Shown here one piece after another: positions 37,354 through 46,200 of a stretch of 51,073 nucleotides of DNA; position 1 is the first letter of the stretch, and each line of letters begins with the position of its first letter. Source of the stretch: Patescibacteria group bacterium (lineage in GTDB: Bacteria; Patescibacteriota; Minisyncoccia; Phycocordibacterales; UBA1006); the NCBI GenBank assembly GCA_020428645.1, contig JAGQMN010000003.1, positions 1 to 51,073 on the forward strand. Reading direction: 5' to 3'. Below the pieces are notes generated by a model, which saw only the letters and a program-made list of their open reading frames with translations, did no database searches and was not told where the DNA came from. The position numbers and the translations under genes were made by a program.

Positions 37354-38442
37354 ATGATACAGTCACGAGTACAACAGTTTCATCAGCAGTATGGACACAT
37401 CATTATGCCAGTTGCATTGATTGGTGGTTTTATCATTGATATCTTTACGCTCAACCAAATTGATCAAACGTTCGATAATGCAGTGCTGATTATACACCTC
37501 CTCCTATCGGGTACGACGATTGCACTCCTGTTTTCACGCGGTACAACATTTGGCAAAAAACTTCTGACTGATCAACGCATCAAGTGGCTCGAAACGATCA
37601 TGGTATTTTCATTCGGTGCGCTCTTTTCCGGGTTTGTAATCTTTTACACGCGAAGCGGATCACTCCTCACCAGCTGGCCATTTATTCTTACCATGGCCGC
37701 GCTCATGCTCGGTACTGAATTCAAAAAACAGTACTTTGTGAGACTGCGTTTTCAAATTGTCATTTTTGCGATGGCAATACTGTCGTGGACGATATTTTTT
37801 GTACCGGTGGTTATCAAAAAAATGGGACCGTGGATCTTTGTGCTCAGTACTGGAATTGCATTGATACTGATTAGCCTATTTTTGATATTGTTACGTGATA
37901 TCAATCGAACACGACTCTCCATTAACCTCAAGCAATTACTCACCAGAATTATTGGTGTAGTGGTTCTCTTTAACTTTCTCTATTTCATGAACATCATGCC
38001 GCCCATACCGCTCTCATTAAAATACAAGGCTGTCTACTATGATATCGAGCGACTCTACCCTGGATACCGCGCGCAGTATGAGGCAACACCTCCCCTTGTG
38101 TTCTGGCAAAAGCGTAGTCGTGATATGTACTGGCGTCCTGGTGAGGATTTGTTTGTCTTCACCCAGGTATTTGCTCCGACCGACCTGACCACAACTATTA
38201 ATCACGTATGGGAATACTATGACCGCGATAATCGGCGGTGGAATATAGTAAATACCATTCCCCTCTCTATCGCCGGTGGACGGAGTGAGGGGTACCGAGG
38301 GTTCACCAAAAAAACACACTTTGAATACGGAACATGGCGCGTTAAAACAGAAACAACCAACGGACAAACAGTAGGAATGATTACGTTTGAAGTGCAACCC
38401 TATGACAACAATATAGGTAAGCTGGTGTACGAGGAATTATAA
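37354..38442 (+). CDS. Membrane protein with a C-terminal DUF2914-like domain
   Basis: About 8 TMs, then FTQVFAP..L.T.I.H.W....GGRSEGYRG...K.....G.WRV..ET..GQ..G...F. Confidence 0.8.
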   Translation: MIQSRVQQFHQQYGHIIMPVALIGGFIIDIFTLNQIDQTFDNAVLIIHLLLSGTTIALLFSRGTTFGKKLLTDQRIKWLETIMVFSFGALFSGFVIFYTRSGSLLTSWPFILTMAALMLGTEFKKQYFVRLRFQIVIFAMAILSWTIFFVPVVIKKMGPWIFVLSTGIALILISLFLILLRDINRTRLSINLKQLLTRIIGVVVLFNFLYFMNIMPPIPLSLKYKAVYYDIERLYPGYRAQYEATPPLVFWQKRSRDMYWRPGEDLFVFTQVFAPTDLTTTINHVWEYYDRDNRRWNIVNTIPLSIAGGRSEGYRGFTKKTHFEYGTWRVKTETTNGQTVGMITFEVQPYDNNIGKLVYEEL

Positions 38443-38468
38443 AAACCCTGATATGAAACCAGGGTTTT
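38441..38468. terminator. Bidirectional terminator between the DUF2914 gene and pyrC
   Basis: AAAACCCTG-ATATGAAAC-CAGGGTTTT. Confidence 0.75.
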
Positions 38469-38484
38469 AAATTATTAATATATT

Positions 38485-39570
38485 TTATTGTAAACGAGCC
38501 TTTAAGTTTAGCTCTTCACCATGAAACAATGGAACAATACCATCGTACACATCTGGAACTTTCCAGGGTTCTACTTGTTCAACCACAACCGTCTTTTGCA
38601 TAGCTTCGGGTACCGTGTACCCATAAAACTTGCAAAAATTGTCACTCATAAAAGCTTGGAGTTTCTCTAAGACATTCATTTCCATAAATGCCTTAACGTA
38701 TGCCTCTACAAAAACCGGTGCAGAATATACTCCGGCACATCCACATTCATTCTTATCGGTTTTGAAGTGAGGGGCTGAATCTGTTCCGCACAGAAAGACA
38801 CCACGTTCATCATTTTTAACTGCATTACGGATTGCTTCCATATGCTCCTTTCTTTTAAGAATTGGCATACAATACAAATTTGAGTCTAAACCTCCGCGTA
38901 ACATTTTATTTCGGTCATATAGCAAATGTTGAGGTGTCACCGTGGCAACCAAGTTTGGATATCTACCAGATGAAACCAATTCAGCAGCTTTTTTGGTAGT
39001 AATATGTTCCATAGATACCTTTAAATTTGGAAAATTATCCAAAATCGGAATAAGCATTTCTTGAATCGCAAACTTCTCACTATCAAAAATATCTACGTCA
39101 ACATCCATTGGCATTTCACAATGAACGTGAAGGGGAATCCCATACTTCTCCATTACCTGGTAAATAGGAAACATCTCCTTAATACCTGATACCCCTTCAG
39201 CTGAATTAGTCGTGGCACCGCGTGGATACTGTTTACATGAAAAGACATCACCTGCCAGGTAACCTGCAACTAAATCGTTTACATTGGTTTGAGGTGTAAG
39301 ATAAATCGTTGGGAAAATATCAACGGTACCTAATAGTTCAAAATGTTTTAAAACGAGTTCGATTTCCTGACGATACTTTCTCGCATCTTCCGAAGTATAG
39401 ATGTGAGGATTCGTATTAGGCATTGGTAGCATACCTGAAACAAATTTCGCAGTATGCGGTGTACACAATGGCATCCTTTTATCAGCAATAGTTCGCAAAT
39501 GAACGTGTGCATCAATAATGTTAGTTAATTTAATTACTTCTTTCACTTTTATTATTTTTAAATTACACAA
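38485..39570 (-). CDS. pyrC: Dihydroorotase (homodimeric, E. coli PyrC-like)
   Basis: DAHVHLR, MPNTNP, KQYPRGATTNS, HCE, MEHITT, ATVTPQHL, CMPILKR, GTDSAPH. Confidence 0.93.
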   Translation of the reverse strand: MCNLKIIKVKEVIKLTNIIDAHVHLRTIADKRMPLCTPHTAKFVSGMLPMPNTNPHIYTSEDARKYRQEIELVLKHFELLGTVDIFPTIYLTPQTNVNDLVAGYLAGDVFSCKQYPRGATTNSAEGVSGIKEMFPIYQVMEKYGIPLHVHCEMPMDVDVDIFDSEKFAIQEMLIPILDNFPNLKVSMEHITTKKAAELVSSGRYPNLVATVTPQHLLYDRNKMLRGGLDSNLYCMPILKRKEHMEAIRNAVKNDERGVFLCGTDSAPHFKTDKNECGCAGVYSAPVFVEAYVKAFMEMNVLEKLQAFMSDNFCKFYGYTVPEAMQKTVVVEQVEPWKVPDVYDGIVPLFHGEELNLKARLQ

Positions 39571-40557
39571 TTAGAAACATTTGTGTGCTTCTTTAATGAT
39601 TCCAGCAACACGCCAAGGTCGTAAAAAAGAAACTGAACCAATTGCACAAGCTTTCACGCTTGTGCGTTTAGCGAGTTCTCGTACTTTTGCACGTGAATCA
39701 ATGCCACCACATGCAATAATGGGTACTGAAATACCGGCTTCTTCTGCTCGATCAATCCAATTAAGAATTAATGGAAACAGTGGTTTCCCCGAAAGGCCTC
39801 CCTTGCCATATGTTTCGTTAGTTTTTTCTATTGGCGATTGATCACCAAATAGTTTATACCAATTCACCCGATCAGGTAGTGATCCATACGGTAGAGTATT
39901 TCCTTGTACAATTGCATCGCATGCGGGATGATCTGCAATTTTACAAGCAGCATCAATCGGCATTAAAACATTAATTTTGACCACAATAGGTACCTTTAAT
40001 TTCTCATAGGCATCAAGCATAGGTAGGATTTCATCCCAAAATTCATCTGTTGCATGTCCTGTATTAGGACATGATACATTCAATTGAACCGCATAAGGTG
40101 CCGTGAACATACCACCAACACTTGCTTGTTTTAAGGAATGAATGATCCCTGTGTGTTCGAATTGACGTTCATGTTTTGTCCCAGCAACAGACATTACAGA
40201 AATCATAAATGGTTCTGTACGCTTTTGCCATTTTTTGCGTCTCAACAAATTATTAAGACCAGGGCCAGTTAAACCAACAGAGTTAAGTGCGATACCTTTG
40301 AAGATATACGCTTTAATGCAATCTGGTTTGAAGTTACGAAATGTTATTCCGTTTTTTCTCACCTTCGCATTACCATCTCGCTGGTACAATGTACTTGTCT
40401 TTGAGACAAAGGTCATACCATCAAAACGGTAACCGAAAAAATAGAGTAAGGGTGTTAACACCCATCGATAGGGATATTCCCAACCTGAGAAAAATCCCTG
40501 AATTCCGGAGGCACCTTGTACCGGTCCGAAATCAATTCCACGTAAAATTAGTGACAT
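39571..40557 (-). CDS. pyrD: Dihydroorotate dehydrogenase-like flavoprotein (divergent)
   Basis: SKTST, NSVGL.GPG, LNVSCPN, VKI, GNT, GGLSGKP, IIACGGI. Confidence 0.75.
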   Translation of the reverse strand: MSLILRGIDFGPVQGASGIQGFFSGWEYPYRWVLTPLLYFFGYRFDGMTFVSKTSTLYQRDGNAKVRKNGITFRNFKPDCIKAYIFKGIALNSVGLTGPGLNNLLRRKKWQKRTEPFMISVMSVAGTKHERQFEHTGIIHSLKQASVGGMFTAPYAVQLNVSCPNTGHATDEFWDEILPMLDAYEKLKVPIVVKINVLMPIDAACKIADHPACDAIVQGNTLPYGSLPDRVNWYKLFGDQSPIEKTNETYGKGGLSGKPLFPLILNWIDRAEEAGISVPIIACGGIDSRAKVRELAKRTSVKACAIGSVSFLRPWRVAGIIKEAHKCF

Positions 40558-40660
40558 GTGTTTTATAGTTTTTTTATTTGTTAAACAATTTTCCTCACTA
40601 TACCTGTATAATTGACTTTGTAAATAAAGTTATCAAAATAAAAACCCCACCTAGGGGTTT

Positions 40661-42592
40661 TTATTTTGGTTCTATTGAATTCGGATCAATGTACAAACAC
40701 ACATGCGACGGGGTCGGATCACGTAACAGTGCATCAGCTACCTGGGTTTCAATGTCATCTTGAATAACGCGGGCAAGAGGACGAACGCCAAATTTTGGAT
40801 CGTGTCCTTTTCGTGCGAGTACTTTTACCAGTTCATCGGTAACAATCACTTCAAGGTTATGTTGTTTCCTGATGTGTCGATTGAGCTTGTTTAACATGAT
40901 GGTGGTAATTTCTTCAATTTCATTACGATTGAGTACACGGTAGAGTACGGTCGCATCAAAACGGTTGATAAATTCGGGTCGGAGGATTCCCTCGCGCACA
41001 ATGTGATCAATGAGGAGGTCTTCAGATTCACTGCCATTCTCCATCATCCAGGATGCACCTGCGTTTGAGGTACAGATAATAATAGTATTGCGAAATGAAA
41101 TGAGACGTCCAGTCGTTGTATGAAATTCTCCTTCATCAAGAATCTGCAAAAAGATATTTAAGATATCGGGATGCGCTTTTTCAATTTCATCGAAAAACAC
41201 CAGACCAAATGGTGATTCTTCAACGTATGCTCCGAGCTGTTCGATAAACCGTGTCATAGAATCAAGCTCCCGGAATTCAGACATATCGAACCGAATCATC
41301 ATGTGTTCACCTCCGAAATAGTACTGCGCAAGCATTTTTGCGGTATGCGTCTTTCCCACTCCTGTTGGACCAAGAAAGAGAAACGATCCGATTGGTTTCG
41401 GCGAATCAGCAACACCAGCACGTCCACGTTTCAATGCGCTCGCAATACCTTTGATCGCTCGATTTTGTCCGATAACATGTTGATTCAAGATCTCTTCGAG
41501 ATGAATAAGTTTATCTTTCTCATCAATTTTTAACGCACCGAGCGGTACGTTTGTCTTCTGTGACATGAGACGTTCGACATCTTCAGTGGTAAGCACGTCC
41601 TCTGGTACCGTAATGAGTTCTTCGAGAATATCAATTGATTTTTCAGGTTGCGCAGTGTTCATCATCAGTTTGTTCGTCAATACAATGACCGATGCGAGCA
41701 CGTCATTACTGATACGTTTCTGTTGTCGATGAGCCAATACCCAGTCATAGAGGTACAGCATCGTGGTTTCGTCATCAGGCGGATACATCTCAACCACCTC
41801 AGAAACACGCATGAGGTTTTCGTGGTGTTTGTAGGTACTATTGTACGATCCCCAATCAGTCGTCAAAATCATTTGAAAGTGATTGTTGTCGAGGTACGGT
41901 TCGAGAATACCAACGATGTTGAACCGCTCAATATTCTCAATAACCAAGACGACGTTACGTGCCTTGATGGCTTCTTTAATACACTGTTGAATGTCTTCGA
42001 TGGCCATTTCTTCAGGAAAGAGTTGAACGAGTCGTTTTCCATTAAGCGCACGAACTGACAAATCACGGTACATGTTACGGGCAAGATGTGAGAGCCTGGT
42101 TGATTTTCCAATACCCTGCTGACCAACAACGAGTACGTTCTGTTGAGTGCCTCGCGAGAGTACCCGCTCCATCTGTTCAATTGCACTATCGTGATCAATC
42201 ACCAACACTTCAGCATTCATACGGATGTCGCGACCATGTTTGTTGAGCGTCCACGTCTGTGGGTATGCCCACTCACGACCGAGTGATCCATTCCGCACAA
42301 GTTTTTCAAAAGAAAGCTTAATAGGAACAAATGCAAAGACGGGAAATACTATGACGCACGCAAGAAGTGCCAGAATTCCCATTATGATAGTTCCTGTGCG
42401 AATCACCATCCCAAATACCATGGCAAAAATGTAAAATACTGCTTGTTCAACCCACTTCCATATTCCCGGTTCACTACTACGATACCGTTCTTGACGCCAA
42501 GGTACAAAAAACGTACGCACAAGACCGCCAATTGAAAAATAGTAGAGGACGAACCTAACAAGTACCCGCCATGATTTCAGTCCAGTTTTCAT
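40661..42592 (-). CDS. ClpA/B-like double AAA+ ATPase with an N-terminal membrane domain
   Basis: GQQGIGKST; PDKAID-like PEKSID; VIGQ.RAI; GSFLFLGPTGVGKT; FDEIEKAHP; IICTSNAG; RPEFINRFD; GVRPL.R. Confidence 0.85.
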   Translation of the reverse strand: MKTGLKSWRVLVRFVLYYFSIGGLVRTFFVPWRQERYRSSEPGIWKWVEQAVFYIFAMVFGMVIRTGTIIMGILALLACVIVFPVFAFVPIKLSFEKLVRNGSLGREWAYPQTWTLNKHGRDIRMNAEVLVIDHDSAIEQMERVLSRGTQQNVLVVGQQGIGKSTRLSHLARNMYRDLSVRALNGKRLVQLFPEEMAIEDIQQCIKEAIKARNVVLVIENIERFNIVGILEPYLDNNHFQMILTTDWGSYNSTYKHHENLMRVSEVVEMYPPDDETTMLYLYDWVLAHRQQKRISNDVLASVIVLTNKLMMNTAQPEKSIDILEELITVPEDVLTTEDVERLMSQKTNVPLGALKIDEKDKLIHLEEILNQHVIGQNRAIKGIASALKRGRAGVADSPKPIGSFLFLGPTGVGKTHTAKMLAQYYFGGEHMMIRFDMSEFRELDSMTRFIEQLGAYVEESPFGLVFFDEIEKAHPDILNIFLQILDEGEFHTTTGRLISFRNTIIICTSNAGASWMMENGSESEDLLIDHIVREGILRPEFINRFDATVLYRVLNRNEIEEITTIMLNKLNRHIRKQHNLEVIVTDELVKVLARKGHDPKFGVRPLARVIQDDIETQVADALLRDPTPSHVCLYIDPNSIEPK

Positions 42593-42634
42593 GATGACAG
42601 TATACCATCAAAAAACACGAATAAGAGATTCGTG

Positions 42635-43483
42635 TTACAACCGACACCGTTCTGTGAGTGCGGTAATATCTACATCACTAAGTACTCCATCATGGTTCTC
42701 ATCATTCAAGAGATAGTACATCACTGATGCAGGATCATCAACATGATCAATACCGAGTACGTGACCAAATTCATGAATCAATAGCGTTTGTAATTCTTGG
42801 TTACCATCGTAACTGTACACGTTAATTTCGGTACCATCGGTATTCCCCGCATCAAACTCATGTGCTTGACTAAACAAATCATTGTACGTTGCAACACCCT
42901 CGTTGTACTCTTCAACACGTTCGTTATTCTCTTCGGCAATAGCATTTACCTGAGCCAAGAGTCGATTAACCTCGGATGCTTTTGACTCGAGTGCTGATGA
43001 TTCTACTTGAAGTTCCTGATACGTACCCTCAGGTGCCCCTCCCTGTGCATTCCAATAGCTGACATCGGCTTCATAGGCGTTCAGACGAGCTTCATACTCA
43101 CGAACTGATCGTTCGTATCGACTGACTGCTGACTGATACCGTGTTTGAACCGTATCGATGCGCTCTTGCTTAGTATCGAGTTGATTCTGTAGCGTATTTC
43201 CTTCATAGAGACGTTCTTGTTCATCGCTCCATATAAGGTTCACCATAAAATCAGATCCCGGAACGTACTGAAAGAGTTCACGTTGAGCTACCGTTTCCCA
43301 GGGTTGTTCTGCATGTTCAATCTGGGCCAAAAAGAGTTCCTTGGTAATGCCAAAACGTTCATCAAATTCACCAATATCGTACTTGACAACTCGTGAGCAT
43401 GGGGTCTGCAGTGCAGTATTCCACAATACACCAATACTAATGGCTAACATTCCATATAAAACTGTACTCCGTACGGCTTTCAT
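42635..43483 (-). CDS. Matrixin (M10) family zinc metalloprotease with a coiled-coil insert
   Basis: HEFGHVLGIDH...SVMY Met-turn; N-terminal anchor; long heptad-like helical region. Confidence 0.88.
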   Translation of the reverse strand: MKAVRSTVLYGMLAISIGVLWNTALQTPCSRVVKYDIGEFDERFGITKELFLAQIEHAEQPWETVAQRELFQYVPGSDFMVNLIWSDEQERLYEGNTLQNQLDTKQERIDTVQTRYQSAVSRYERSVREYEARLNAYEADVSYWNAQGGAPEGTYQELQVESSALESKASEVNRLLAQVNAIAEENNERVEEYNEGVATYNDLFSQAHEFDAGNTDGTEINVYSYDGNQELQTLLIHEFGHVLGIDHVDDPASVMYYLLNDENHDGVLSDVDITALTERCRL

Positions 43484-43582
43484 ACATACAGCATAACAAA
43501 CTCTTGTACTAGACGACAATACACACCCAATGAAATAACCTACAACATACAGGGTAAATATAGTACTATAGAGGTAGTAAGT

Positions 43583-44917
43583 ATGACTTTTATATCAAAA
43601 GTACATTCAATGCATACAGTATGCTATACCATTTGTTGTAGTGTGTTTTTTTGGTTGGTGTCTACAGGAATAGCGTTTGCCTTAGATATTCAAAATCTAG
43701 ATTACCAAGTAAACGACCAGATCATCAATCATGTTTCAGAACATGTTATTAGTTTTGATACGGTATCTCCTATTGCCATTGGAAATAGTGTATCAGTTAA
43801 TTTTCCGAGTGAGTTCAGCTTTACTACAACTCCAGTACAGTCTGATGTTGAAGTTCGCGTAAATGGTAGTCTCTTAACCGTAAGTCAATGGTCATTTAGT
43901 CACTCTTTGAATACCGTATTTATTTCATTTCAAACATCAGCGAGTGCTGGTAGTGATATAGAAATTACCCTTACCGAAAGTGCTGGTCTCAAAAACCCTT
44001 CGGATAATGGTTCATACACGGTAAATTTTGGTGTGAACGGTACCTTTGTAGCAACTGCAGAGGTATGGATATTTCCATCTGACAGCATCACCGTAAACGC
44101 TGCAGTATTGGGTGATCCTGTAGTTGTAGGTGGTGGTTCAAGCGGTGGCACTTGTTATAACTGTTTCTTTAACGACGAACAACCCTTTTTTGATGAAAAC
44201 GGTATTATTCTGTCATTCAAAGGATTTGGTCCATCAAACGGAACGGTTCAGGTCTCAATAGATGAATCACTCGTTGGTACTACGAGTATTGATGATAAGG
44301 GAATTTTCTTAATTTCAATTGATAATATTTCGCCTGGTTTACATACCTTTACTTTTAATGGTTTTGATCGAAATGTAGTCCCGACAGGACCTCGACTCCT
44401 TACTCTCACTGTGGGTGATCGAGGATTCGTGTATGCGAACGATATTTTCCTTTCACCAACCGTAACCGTTGAGCCACGTGGCGATTATGGGCTCGTATTG
44501 TACGGATACACGGTGCCCTACGCTGAACTCGATTTAAATATTGATGGATACTACGTCGGCACCGTTATTGCCAACGGTAATGGTTTGTACTTTTTGGAAA
44601 CACTTCTTGATCAATTTGATATTGGGGAGCACACCGTAACCAGTATCCTCAAAGGTCTTACTAGAAACTTAAGTTCGGAAGAAAAGGTATTCACTATTAC
44701 TCCAGTATTTAACTCGGATGAAAAACAGCTTGAATTCGTTGGCGATCCACTCTTTGACGTATTGTTGAGGACACCTGAGAAATCATCAAACGAACGGTCA
44801 GATATTGTACCGTACCTCTTCTCATTTGGTGGTGGAGCGCTCTTATTATGGTTAATTGTACGATTGGTTGGATACATTAAAGGTCGTGGTCGATACCTTT
44901 CAGACTATGAAAAATAA
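43583..44917 (+). CDS. Secreted multi-Ig-like surface protein with a C-terminal TM anchor
   Basis: Signal-like N-terminus, beta-rich domains, Gly linker with CxxC, C-terminal hydrophobic helix followed by basic residues. Confidence 0.7.
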   Translation: MTFISKVHSMHTVCYTICCSVFFWLVSTGIAFALDIQNLDYQVNDQIINHVSEHVISFDTVSPIAIGNSVSVNFPSEFSFTTTPVQSDVEVRVNGSLLTVSQWSFSHSLNTVFISFQTSASAGSDIEITLTESAGLKNPSDNGSYTVNFGVNGTFVATAEVWIFPSDSITVNAAVLGDPVVVGGGSSGGTCYNCFFNDEQPFFDENGIILSFKGFGPSNGTVQVSIDESLVGTTSIDDKGIFLISIDNISPGLHTFTFNGFDRNVVPTGPRLLTLTVGDRGFVYANDIFLSPTVTVEPRGDYGLVLYGYTVPYAELDLNIDGYYVGTVIANGNGLYFLETLLDQFDIGEHTVTSILKGLTRNLSSEEKVFTITPVFNSDEKQLEFVGDPLFDVLLRTPEKSSNERSDIVPYLFSFGGGALLLWLIVRLVGYIKGRGRYLSDYEK

Positions 44918-44925
44918 TTAGATAC

Positions 44926-45740
44926 ATGTTTACTGTAAATCAAAAAAATATATATAGGTTTGTACTCATCGTATTTGTATCCCTAATGCTTACACCACTA
45001 CACCTGGACGCACAAACAAATGGCACTGTTTCTTCGGCAATTTCTGTTGGTTCCCATGATATTCTTGTTCCTGGTGAATCACTACCAGTCAATGTACAGC
45101 TGTTGAACTTTGGTACCCCTAACGAGCGAGTAGATGTCAGCATGTTATTGAGAGTAATAGATAAAAACGGTTCTGTGATTAGCGAATACAGCGAAACCGT
45201 AGCGGTTCAAACAACTGCTTCATTCGTTCGATATATTCAACTACCAGAATCAATAAACTATGGGGAGTATATTCTGAAATTGCATGTAAGCTATAAAAAC
45301 CAAATGTTCCCAGCAATATCAGAGCAACGATTCAAAGTAGAGCGTTCATTTTTAGGTTATGGAATTTCAAAATGGGTACCAACTCTACCATTTGCGCTCA
45401 TTCCTTTTTTCCTCCTATTTCTTTTCATCAAGCGACGAGAACGAGTTCGATTAATTAATAGAGATTATACACATATATCAGAAGATCAACGAACAAACTA
45501 CGAAATTGTCCATGATATCATTGACGCACTCCACTACCACGTTGGTGATAAAAAAATAAAAGAAATTGCCTCGCTCCAGGACTTGAGGTTGATGATTCAG
45601 GTTCACAGATAAAAAGTCTCACAGGACCTACGGAGGATATTGTATCGACACTTATTCATGAATATGAAGAAGTTATGGGTAAGAAGGTAAACGTTATTCC
45701 CCACCCTCCCTACACAAAAAAACGTATACATGCGAATTAA
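44926..45740 (+). pseudogene. Ig-like membrane protein with a probable single-base frameshift near 45577
   Basis: The ORF ends at 45612 in LQDLRLMIQVHR. Another frame opens at 45579 and reads GLEVDDSG...EYEEVMGKK... to TAA at 45740. Confidence 0.55.
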
Positions 45741-45764
45741 ATCGTAGTGGATACATGTATCAGT

Positions 45765-46151
45765 ATGAAACCGCAGCAGCAAAAGAAAATACTCATTGTC
45801 GAAGGTAATGAACACCTCAACGACACGCTCTTCAAAAAACTTGAGCGTGAGAACTTTAACGTAACTCAATCATTTGATGGTAAAGAGGGTCTTGAGGTAT
45901 CCTACGCTGATCATCCTGATCTCATTCTCCTTGATCTTGAAATCCCAATTATCGATGGTCATGAATTTATGACCCACCTACGAGAAGATACGTGGGGGAA
46001 ACAAGCAAAAGTTATTATTCTCAGCAATCTCAGTATTCGACACAAAGAAGTAGCGAAAACAGTCATTCAAAAAGACCCTATTGCATTCCTTATAAAATCT
46101 TCAACTAAATTGAATGATCTCATAAAGTATGTACACTATGCGTTTGAGTAA
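45765..46151 (+). CDS. Single-domain response regulator (CheY-like receiver)
   Basis: KILIVE, PDLILLDL..P.IDG, KVIILSNL, FLIKS. Confidence 0.9.
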   Translation: MKPQQQKKILIVEGNEHLNDTLFKKLERENFNVTQSFDGKEGLEVSYADHPDLILLDLEIPIIDGHEFMTHLREDTWGKQAKVIILSNLSIRHKEVAKTVIQKDPIAFLIKSSTKLNDLIKYVHYAFE

Positions 46152-46163
46152 ATACATATAGAT

Positions 46164-46190
46164 AAAAACGACCTGTCGCGGTCGTTTTTT
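46164..46190. terminator. Bidirectional terminator between the response regulator and the DUF916-like gene
   Basis: AAAAACGACC-TGTCGC-GGTCGTTTTTT. Confidence 0.75.
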
Positions 46191-46200
46191 GGTAAAAAGG

